DNA of 63,973 bases, the filler included, from Circinaria calcarea (Eukaryota), in the NCBI GenBank assembly GCA_051942165.1. It is 3 parts of 3 records of this genome, joined end to end, with 100 filler letters (N's around TTAATTAATTAA, not from the genome) between each part and the next. Parts side by side here need not be neighbours in the genome. Positions count along the whole stretch, not along the records: positions 1 to 22,936 come from JAVECS010000126.1; 2 more parts are not named here. One strand, 5' to 3'. Below, piece by piece: positions 1-9,517 of this stretch. The translations under genes and the position numbers were made by a program. How positions within the stretch are numbered: the first letter of the stretch is position 1; the number at the start of each line of letters is the position of its first letter. Under the pieces are notes generated by a model, which ran no database searches, was not told the DNA's origin, and saw only the letters and a program-made list of their open reading frames with translations.

Positions 1-1289
1 GCAAGCTCCAAGCCTCCAGAAACAGACTGGCACTCTCAGGGTGTTGATCTTGATATCAATACGCCAGCATCGTCCGTTATCTCTGATTCTCTCTTCAACA
101 TTGACCCAAGACTTCGCGACAACTCAATTTTGCCAGCCACCTCCACGCAATAATATATTGTATACTCCGATTTGGTAGATAGGCCTACAACGAGCTGTAG
201 CCATTGGACTTAGGATGCAACGCTATCCCTCAGACTTTTTCCATGTATCTCTAAGATTTTCAGTATCGTTAAAACTTATACGCATTTGATCAACTTGCAT
301 AAATCCAGGTGCGTTTAACCAAGTATATGAGAATTTATAAATTTCCTGCCGTTTGTGATACGTGTATGTAGTCGACTAAGTTCTATTAGCAAAATATGGC
401 CTTGTTCGCCTAATGTTTTGCTCGCCTTAATTAATCTTGGCTTGTTAAATATCTGGTGGGGAGTGATGTGGGCAATTCATAAAGGCAGTTACTATGGCGT
501 ATAGTATTCATACTATGCTATGGAAGAAGTATATAAGTCGTATAGTTCGCAAAGTGCAAAGGGCAGAGGAAAACTCTGCAAGCCACACTATTACTAGTGT
601 CCCAACCCCCTATTGGAGTTCGACATAGAGTTACGCATACGGAATGCTTGGCTCTATATTTAACATGGCTTTATTTTAGACAATTAATATTACAGTTTTG
701 TGCTTTAATAGGGAGATAAATTAAAAAAAATCTTTAACTTTTATTCCAGTGTATAGCGCGCTAATGCCTGACACGTAAGGCTTATATAGCTTCGGTTGAC
801 GAAGTAGTCAGTTTTAATATAATATATCAGGTGCTGAGTCTAGTGGCTATAGTTTCGGCTGCTATTTCTACTGGTTATTACTCCAGCTGCCATCCTGCTT
901 TTTTATAATTGCGTAATTATGCGTTTAAACTTGGGTATCATCTACATCCTAGGGCTACACGATCATGCATCTGTCTGGCAGTATGACTCTATTTGCTTTC
1001 TACGTAGTCTCATATCTGTAGGATAAGCTCATGATTCGGATAAGGGATATTTTTCGGCCTTTGTTCGCTGGATCTCGATTAGGGTGGAGAGGCCAAGCAG
1101 ATACAGCGACATTTATCTAAATATATCTGGAGGGCGGTGACAAATGTCACCGAAGAGCGTCCCGGAATGATTCCACCTCTTCTACATTAAGGAATCTTTG
1201 AACTCTCGTAAGTAGTAGGCGCCAGTTCTCCTCGCTAATGGGCCCATCTCGAAGCTGTTAAAGCGTTTGACGAAATTATACGCTAATGG

Positions 1290-4200
1290 AATCTTCGCCC
1301 TGCTGTCTCATTATCTTTTTAAAGGCAACAGACTTCGTAAAGGCGTGATATGCTTGCCGTCCAATATAATAAAGGGGTTTTGGAAGGAGCGGCCTATTGT
1401 AAAGCTACGGCGTCACTGTATTGTATCGATGAATGAGTGAGTTCTATTACAACTGCGTGTGTATGGTCTGCTATGCTGCGTGTGTAACGCAGCAGAAGAA
1501 TCTATCTATGTGTGTGGGCACGGGCGGAACAACGTCCGCCCGAGGATCTAACCGCAAAGGTTTGACACCTATCTTCGTATAGCGCAGTTTCACAAACAGG
1601 AGGCAATTAAGCGAAATTACCGAATAGAATAATATCGATGGTCAGGGAAAATCTGCCGAAGCCGCTTATCAATCCACGCCAATTGTGTTAAACCTATCAT
1701 AGATTTTTCATCTATAATCAGAAATCGACAATACTTTTAAGCTGGCTTGTAAAGCTGCCAGGGGGTTTTGTTGTAGCTGATCAAACTCCTTTCTAACAGG
1801 CAGTTTCAAGAGAGAATGCAATGTACAACCCTTAATGTTGTACGCAGCAACACCGGTAGGAGCACAACGTTGAACAGGGTCTGGAAGGTCTGCTTCCATA
1901 GCCCGATGCAGTAAATGCCGAAAAAGTAGATCAGTTAGATAAGACTTACCTGTTCCGGCCACCCCATCGCCATTTAGACCCAGCGGAGGTGGCCGATTCA
2001 GGGGTTCGGCGAGTTCATCTTCATACTACTTCATCACAGCATCGAAGGTCTTCCGCTGCTCCGCTTGGAGTGTATCTGGCGACAGTAATGCTCGAATATC
2101 TTCATCCGGCGGGTGTTCGATTTTGGCCGTTGCCAGAAATCCTTCCGGCGCTGCATATTGTTCATACTCCGCGGCATTGGCATTCCAATCGAAAGCCCTA
2201 TCCATATCACGTCCCCCTAGATCGTCCGGATCTTCTATTCTCGTACCGTCATTCGGCGCCCTTCTGCCGGCGAACTCCTCCCATGCCTGACGTTCCATAT
2301 GAGGCTCTCCTACATCCGATTGGTCCTCGAATTCATCCTCCTCAGAGTTATCTTCGGCTATAGGGTCCAGCGGGTCAGGGTCGTGTACAGGGCAACGGTT
2401 TTTACATAAGGTATAAGCTTCCCGATAGCTATCAACAGGTATAACACGGTTATCGGGACCTCGAAATTCTTCACGTAGATCTTTAATCTTCGTAAAAGGA
2501 TGGTGAAGCATAAGCTTAACCCGGCAGTAGTCTTCGTATTGCTCACCGGTTGGGTCTGCATCGTATAGCGGGAAGAGATTGATGATTCGAGGCGCAGCTC
2601 GTGGCCGGCGTTTCATTTTGGCGAAGTCAAAGTGCCGCAGCATATCCCATAGAGTTAGCCGTGGCCATTCCTGCATATTCCGGCCCATTGGCGTTCTATG
2701 GGTGATTTCCGGGCAACAACCTCTTCATTCTCAACCTCGAAACCAACGTTTTGCTCATTTGGCAGCCGAGCATCGAATGCTAAAACCGTTCGAGAGCCAT
2801 CTTGTAAGGGCAAGCCAAGCGTCAAATGGCATATCTCTTGGGCTGACCAATCCCGTTCGCTAATGAGGCTATTCATAAGCTTGGTGGTAATCGAGATAAG
2901 CGGATGAGTGGCGGAAGCGTGGCTCATCACGTTTTTCAGCATGGAGGTATACGTCGCCGACTTCGTTTCAGCTTTGCTGCAGTATTTGGCGATATATCGG
3001 AGCACTGCATCAGCACTAGTAGGAGGTGTCATATCTGTATTAGCCCCCCAAGCCATCGTACACAAAGGATTGTAGGAATTCAACAGCTCATCGTTTCTAA
3101 CCGGCTCGTAGAGAAAGTGCTTGCTATTCCGATCTGTACTAACGTATGCCTTTTCACTTAACTCCCGAGGGAATTTGAACCGGCACTTTGGTTCCGCATT
3201 CGCGCCAGAGCGTCCTCTCGGCTTCCTGAGGCAGTATCTAGTGGTGCAGACCGTGTGACGTTGAAACCGATTCAGAAGTGCTGTTAAATAATCCTTTGTA
3301 TTCGGCTGTTGGTCGAAAGGTAAACTGGAAGGATGTCTAGCGTCAGGACGTCGAGTCTGATCAGGATTGAAAGCCACGACTTTATCAGCCCAGTAAGCAG
3401 CGAATGCATCCTAGCTTTGATCGGTTCCCATATCCGGCTGAGGGGCGTCGTCGGACCAACCAAACCCATGTATATGACCACTACCCCTTGATTGCCATTC
3501 AAAGCGATACCAATGATCCTTAAGCCCGAACTTCGGCTTCAATACACGCTTGAAAAAAGAGCGGAATCGTCGATTTAGGTACTCCGCGGCGATATGCGGG
3601 TTTTTCTGCAGGTCAATCCTTGACTTCTTCAGCCTAGCCGTCTCGTCAGGGGTCGATTCTTGGTCATTGGCCCCTGGCATATGCTTCCGAAGGTCATGCC
3701 ATTGCAAATCGGCGGCGCTGAAGGTGAAAAAGAGGTTCGGACAACCTATATTTCGAACATAACTCTCGAGCTGACGACGTTTGCTGTTCCAGAACGGTCT
3801 CGTGCCTCGAAGCGTAGCTGCATGGCGGATGATTCTATCCACCAGATGGGTTTCATCATTGTCGTTCAATAGCTCTTTCAGTTCTTCGATAGTCAGGTTG
3901 TTCTCGGTCTGATTCTTCCTAGCAAAGAAAGAACCCTTTTTCCTTGCGGCATCACGCATTAGCCCGTTGAAAGCAACGTAGCGGAACCGTGGGTGCTGGG
4001 CAAACCGGCCATCTTCATACCGCATTAAATGTTGAATGTATTCCTCGTACCGAATAGTTCGTTGCCGGGGGACCTTGAAATCCGCCTGCCCATAGGGGAA
4101 AAGCGTAGGAAACGCCATACGCATTATAGGAATATCGTCCCATTCCGATATAGGGGTGGAGCGGAAATCCGGTGCTGTCAACGGTTGCGGTGCGAGATCC

Positions 4201-5701
4201 TGCCTCATACGTGCTGCCTCGGAATGCCTAGTAGTAAAATTCGGTACAACACCGGTCGTTTCAAGGTCTTGCTCGGGTTGACCATTGATTTCGGTGACGA
4301 TATCATTGATATCACTGATTTGGCCTTGATCGACGGCCTCAGACTGTTCTTCGATCTCCGGTATAAACCGCCGAACACTGCCATCCTCCGGAAGCCTGTT
4401 CAAAGCTTCATCATCGATAGTAATGTTCTGATAGTCCGGGTGATTCTGGCGTAGAAATCGTAGCCATGCCAGAATCGCTGAACGCCGAACCCGAAAGTCT
4501 CTTTCAAATTGGCGTTCGAGCAACGGCTGTTCCCCCTCGGCGGTGTTCCTAGAAGAAGGACGCAGAAGCACAACGTCAAGGTTGGCAGGCAGTAGGGGCA
4601 GGCGATCGTATAGCTTCATGGTATCCTGCATGAAATTGACCGTATGTCCGGAATACTTGTATTGATGCCCACGGACACGCCGAACCTGGACATGTACGTG
4701 AGCTCTGGCAATTAACATCTCTTCCGTCTGCGTCAGAATAGGCAAATGGGCGGGAACAGCACCCAATTCCATGTCATTTTCTCTGGAAATAAGCTTGACA
4801 CGATGCTCGGCTTGAGTGTTGTGCTGATCTTTGTTCTTATCTCTGTCTTTGCATCGATGGCAGACCCTGTCAGTGTCTAATTTCATGTCGAACCATTTTT
4901 CATGACAATGAGAGCAAACCTCCAGTTCCAATTGGTCCATATCATGGCGGAAATTCTCAGCCAGAATCCAGTCTACTGCAGGTATGGCTGGGGCAAAAGC
5001 GTCTGGATCCGCCAATCGTTGGGCTTCGGCAGCAGCTTCATCCAACTGTTCGTTGGCATCATTCAGCATTTGTTCGGCTTGAATAGCTGCAATCCGTGCG
5101 CGGTAACGTTGAGAAACACTCTGCTGATCACGGCATGTATCACACGTTGCATATTCTTCACCGTTCACAATGAACAAATGCCTTGGACGAGTATGATGAC
5201 CGTGTACACAGTATTTCATTTCCTCTTCCTCGTCACCACTATCAACAACGCAGTACACGCATATATTGGGTTCGCCAGCATGCCTAATCAAATCCTCCAA
5301 ACCACGCCGAACGCTGCACAAAGAGCAAACGAAGTAATGTCGAAGACCCCGGGGTGACTGCACCGCAGAGAGAGGATTTATAGAAAGAATACGCCGCAAT
5401 CGTTTCGGCGTTCTGCCAGATCGGGCGAGGAAGGCGAAAAAGGATGAGAGGTAGGATTGGGCTGGCGAGTAGGCCTTGTTGGCGTTGCAGGCAGCCGTGG
5501 TGGGTCAGGCGGAGGATTAGGTGGTAAGTTAGCTTCTTGAGAGGATGGTTGTGAGGGTGTATGGCCACGTTTTATCTGCATAGCTCTTCTTCGATTCTTT
5601 CGTTCTGCTGCCTCTTTGGCCTTGCGTTCCTCTTTCTGCTGTGGTGTTTCTTGACTATCTCTCTCCAGCCGGGCCTCTTTGCGACGTAGAGACCTAGCCA
5701 T
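1290..5701 (-). pseudogene. Helitron RepHel protein (N-terminal basic/Zn-finger region, DUF6570-like, Helitron_like_N, HUH endonuclease, PIF1 helicase), disrupted
   Basis: ORFs 5378-5701, 3411-5399, 2655-3377, 2026-2688 and 1708-1962. In-frame TAG stops at 3411-3413 and 2026-2028, frameshifts near 2690 and 1735, an LTR insertion at 1398-1567, and loss of recognisable helicase motifs below about 1290. Confidence 0.85.
1398..1567. mobile_element. Solo LTR (170 bp) inserted in the Helitron helicase
   Basis: TGTAAA...TTTGACA termini flanked by a perfect 5-bp direct repeat CCTAT (1393-1397, 1568-1572). Removing the insert and one TSD copy restores the helicase reading frame (LPPVCETALYEDRPLLPKPLYYIGRQAY). 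Confidence 0.8.
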
Positions 5702-6456
5702 CTATACGCCAAGTGCCAATCAAAAGGCAATAACAAAGACTTTAAAAAAAGGCCAGAATTAGTGATTGACGAATCCCCGTGGGTTACACACGTATTATAC
5801 CTAGAACAACGGAGAAAAGTCGCGTTTTTTGGGGGAAAAATTGCCAAAATCCATGATTTTTATAGCCCACGGATTAAGATTGGGCCGGAATAGCAAGCTA
5901 ATATCCTCGCCTTTTCAACCAATTAAAAGCTATAGAGGGGGACGGACATTTACGCTAGCTACATTTTTTCGCATGCCAAGTCACTATTTCATTTTTCAGT
6001 CTCCATTATTATTCTCGCTCGCTCCGCTCGCGGAATAAGTAGCGAGCTTGCCACATAGCAGTTCCACAGCCGTTTCATACATTTCAACAAGAGTAATCAA
6101 GTAGCACTAAGAGACAAGGCTTCTTTTGCCTAACTCACCATCCGCACCTACATGTTAGTCGGGCGAACATGCAGATCAAGCGGTGATTCCAATGTAAGGT
6201 AATATTTAGCCTTAACTACCCCACCAACTGAGAACGGATTGCAGCCAATCAGGCTTACAGCATGTAAAGTCTCGACTGAAAACCTATCACACCCTGGGAT
6301 CAGTAGACGCCAGCCTGCCCATACCAGCTGTCCTACGTGACACCATAAATGTACACACTTCTTATATACCTTATCAGAATAGCCAAAGCAGCGTGATAAT
6401 ATCCTCAGATGATATTTTCTAGGAACATCAAATCGATAGCAAGATAAAAACTACAA

Positions 6457-7690
6457 ATGACCGACCTGGAAGTAGCCATTGAAATCGCACGAGAAGCTGT
6501 TCATGCAACTCCAGAAGATCATCCTGACCGGGCAGGACTGTTAAACAGTCTTGGAAATAGACTTCGAGACAGATACTTAAGAACGGGAGCGATGGCTGAC
6601 CTCGAAGAAGCCATTCAAACTGCGCGAGAAGCTGTTCATGCAACTCCAAAAGATCATCCTAGCCGGGCAGGACGGTTAAACAATCTTGGAATTAGAATTC
6701 GAGACAGATACTTAAGAACGGGAGCGATGGCTGACCTGGAAGAAGCCATTCCAATTGCGCGAGAAGCTGTTCATGCAACTCCAGAAGATCATCCTGACCG
6801 GGCAGGACAATTACACAATCTTGGAGCTCAACTTGGAGACAGATACTCAAGAACGGGAGCGATGGCTGACCTGGAAGAAGCTATCCAAATTACGCGAGAA
6901 GCTGTTCATGCAACTCCAGAAGATCATCCTGACCGGGCAGGACGGTTAAACAATCTTGGAGCTAGACTTCGAGACAGATACTCAAGAACGGGAGCGATGG
7001 CTGACCTGGAAGAAGCCATTGAAATTGCGCGAAAAGCTGTTCATGCAACTCCAAAAGATCATCCTGACCGGGCAAGACATTTAAACAATCTTGGAGTTAT
7101 ATTTGGAGACAGATACTTAAGAACGGGAGCGATGGCTGACCTGGAAGAAGCCATTGAAATTGCGCGAAAAGCTGTTCATGCAACTCCAGAAGATCATCCT
7201 GGCCGGGCAGGATATTTGTACAATCTTGGAAATAGATTTGGAGACAGATACTTAAGAACGGGAGCGATGGCTGACCTGGAAGAAGCCATTGAAATTGCGC
7301 GAGAAGCTGTGTATGCAACTCCAGAAGATCATTTTGACCGGGCAAAATTATTAAATAGTCTTGGAGCTAGACTTGGAGACAAATACTCAAGAACGGGAGC
7401 GATGGCTGATCTGGAAGAAGCCATTGAAATTGCGCAAGAAGCTGTTCATACAACTCCAGAAGATCATCCTGACCGGGCAGGACTGTTGAACAATCTTGGA
7501 AATAGACTTGGAGACAGATACTTAAAAACGGGAGCGGTGGCTGACCTGGAAAAGGCCATTCAAATTGCGCGAGAAGCTGTTCATGCAACTCCAGAAGATT
7601 ATCCTGACCGGGCAAGACATTTAAACAATCTTGCAGCTAGACTTGGAGACAGATACTCAAGAACAGGAGCGATGGCTGACCTGGAAAAAG
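6457..7690 (+). repeat. Coding tandem array, 135-nt unit x9 plus a partial tenth
   Basis: Units start at 6457, 6592, 6727, 6862, 6997, 7132, 7267, 7402, 7537 and 7672, with very high nucleotide identity between them. Confidence 0.97.
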
Positions 7691-9474
7691 TTGTATTGTA
7701 TTATCAATCTGCTCTACACCAGTCGAACTCGCCCACCATCGCTCGCATATTAGCCGGCAAAGAGGTTCTTCGATTTTGTGTATTCACTTCTGACTGGCAA
7801 CAAGCTTATAAGGATTCAACTATTGCTGTTAATCTCATTCCAAAACTAGCATTACGATCACTAGAGAATTCCGATAAGCAGCATTTGCTCAGTATGGTAG
7901 TGGGCCTGGCCTGTAACCTAACTGCTGTAGCATTGCAAGTACAAGAAGCGCCGTCAGTTGCGGTAAAACTACTTGAGCAGGGACGCGGTGTACTGGCAAC
8001 ATCTCTCGAGGAAATACGGACGGATATACTCGATCTACAAGGAAGGCATCCAGAGCTAGCAGATCAATTTGTCAGCCTTCGGGACGAATTAGAGCCACCT
8101 GTCACGCGAAATAATACCCTTTTCACAGACGACAATCGCAAGTCTTCCTTGCAGGCGCGAGCAAGTCGGCGTTACGACGCAGGTAAAGAACTCGATAAGC
8201 TGATCTTCGACATTCGCAAACGACCTGGATTCAAGGACTTCTTGCTTCCTCCAAGTGAAAAAGAAATGCAGGCTGCTGCGAGGTGTGGCCCTATTGTCGT
8301 TATCAATGTCAGCGAGTACCGCTGCGATGCGCTACTCGTTGAGCAGCATCAGATACGGTCCCTGGCATTGCCCCATCTCAACAGCAAGGACATCGAGAAG
8401 AAGACACAGAGAGGCCGTCTCGGAAGTCGTGAAATCCTAGAATGGCTATGGGATGCTATTGCAAATCCGATCCTTGATGCTCTTGGATTCACCCAACCTC
8501 CGTCGGGCGAAAGCTGGCCACATGTATGGTGGATTCCTACGGGTCCCCTAAGCAAATTTCCTCTCCATGCGGCTGGGCGTCACGGCGAGGGCTCTACCCA
8601 AACGGTGCTCGATAGGGTCATGTCGTCGTACAGTTCGTCCATCAAGGCGATCATACATGGGCGCCGATCACGCATTCCAGAACCTACGCAATCGGTCCAA
8701 CCCCAGGCGCTCCTTGTCGCTATGAGGGATACTCCGGGACATCGTACGCTTCCTTCTGCAACGGATGAGGTAGCAATAGTACACCATCTTTACAAATCGA
8801 TGGCATTGGATCCTGTCGAGCCGGGGCGGCATAAACAAGATATCGTGTCGCAGTTACCGAATTGCAAGATATTCCACTTTGCTGGTCATGGCCGTACGCA
8901 CGAGTCCGATCCTTCCCAGAGCGATCTACTCCTAGAGGACTGGGAGAGTGACCGCCTCACGGTGGCTAATCTTCTAGAAATGAATCTCCGTGAACGGTCT
9001 CCATTTCTCGCCTACCTCTCGGCTTGCGGGACCGGTCGAATCAATGATGAGAGGTTCGTTGACGAGAGTATCCATCTAATCAGTGCATGTCAGCTGGCTG
9101 GATTTCGGCACGTTATTGGCACTTTGTGGGAGGTCGATGATGACCTTTGCAAAGATATGGCGAAAATCACGTACGAAGAAATAAAGGAAGGGATAAAGGA
9201 CGGGCGCATGACGGATGAATCGGTTTGTCGGGGGCTCCATAAAGCTACCAGGGAGCTTCGAGACCGTTGGTTAAGTGCGCCAGCGAAAACCAAACGCGGA
9301 CGCCGATCGGTCAGAGAAGCAATCACATTTTGGGCACAAAATGAGACCGAGACCCGGGGTGCATGTGATAGAGATGAGAGATATGGTAAATTGCCCAGAG
9401 ACGCTGATTTAGATAGTGAAGATGAAGAGACAGGGCCGACACACTGGGTTCCATACGTTCATTTTGGGGTGTGA
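6457..9474 (+). CDS. TPR-repeat CHAT-domain (caspase/separase-like) protease, 1005 aa, intronless
   Basis: Nine 45-aa TPR-like repeats, then a CHAT domain with PHVWWIPTGPLSKFPLHAAG, catalytic His (FHFAGHG), catalytic Cys (LAYLSACGTG), AGFRHVIGTLWEV and terminal WVPYVHFGV. Confidence 0.92.
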   Translation: MTDLEVAIEIAREAVHATPEDHPDRAGLLNSLGNRLRDRYLRTGAMADLEEAIQTAREAVHATPKDHPSRAGRLNNLGIRIRDRYLRTGAMADLEEAIPIAREAVHATPEDHPDRAGQLHNLGAQLGDRYSRTGAMADLEEAIQITREAVHATPEDHPDRAGRLNNLGARLRDRYSRTGAMADLEEAIEIARKAVHATPKDHPDRARHLNNLGVIFGDRYLRTGAMADLEEAIEIARKAVHATPEDHPGRAGYLYNLGNRFGDRYLRTGAMADLEEAIEIAREAVYATPEDHFDRAKLLNSLGARLGDKYSRTGAMADLEEAIEIAQEAVHTTPEDHPDRAGLLNNLGNRLGDRYLKTGAVADLEKAIQIAREAVHATPEDYPDRARHLNNLAARLGDRYSRTGAMADLEKVVLYYQSALHQSNSPTIARILAGKEVLRFCVFTSDWQQAYKDSTIAVNLIPKLALRSLENSDKQHLLSMVVGLACNLTAVALQVQEAPSVAVKLLEQGRGVLATSLEEIRTDILDLQGRHPELADQFVSLRDELEPPVTRNNTLFTDDNRKSSLQARASRRYDAGKELDKLIFDIRKRPGFKDFLLPPSEKEMQAAARCGPIVVINVSEYRCDALLVEQHQIRSLALPHLNSKDIEKKTQRGRLGSREILEWLWDAIANPILDALGFTQPPSGESWPHVWWIPTGPLSKFPLHAAGRHGEGSTQTVLDRVMSSYSSSIKAIIHGRRSRIPEPTQSVQPQALLVAMRDTPGHRTLPSATDEVAIVHHLYKSMALDPVEPGRHKQDIVSQLPNCKIFHFAGHGRTHESDPSQSDLLLEDWESDRLTVANLLEMNLRERSPFLAYLSACGTGRINDERFVDESIHLISACQLAGFRHVIGTLWEVDDDLCKDMAKITYEEIKEGIKDGRMTDESVCRGLHKATRELRDRWLSAPAKTKRGRRSVREAITFWAQNETETRGACDRDERYGKLPRDADLDSEDEETGPTHWVPYVHFGV

Positions 9475-9517
9475 TTTATCACCAAACTTGCTGCAGATCA
9501 ATTAATTTAGTAGCACG

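Larger units (their letters stand above)
594..6047 (-). mobile_element. Degenerate autonomous-type Helitron (Rep/HUH + PIF1 helicase)
   Basis: Minus-strand ORFs carry HUH-Rep motifs (LFFTFSAADLQW, YRFEWQSRGSGHIHGF, YIAKYCSK) and PIF1 motifs (GVAGTGKS, APTGVAA, IIDEKSM, GNFA*LPPV). The 3' end is an imperfect hairpin (598-625) followed by CTAG|T on the minus strand (597-593). The 5' boundary is approximate (hairpin at 6009-6047). Confidence 0.85.

Noticed and set aside
6428..7615. Repetitive antisense and alternate-frame ORFs (LLELHEQLLAQF..)
   Set aside because: Shadows of the TPR array on the other strand or frame.
6457..7690. Regular repeat with variable blocks resembling a CRISPR array
   Set aside because: The period is 135 nt, in frame inside a protein-coding gene, the variable parts are homologous rather than unique spacers, and there are no cas genes in this eukaryotic DNA.
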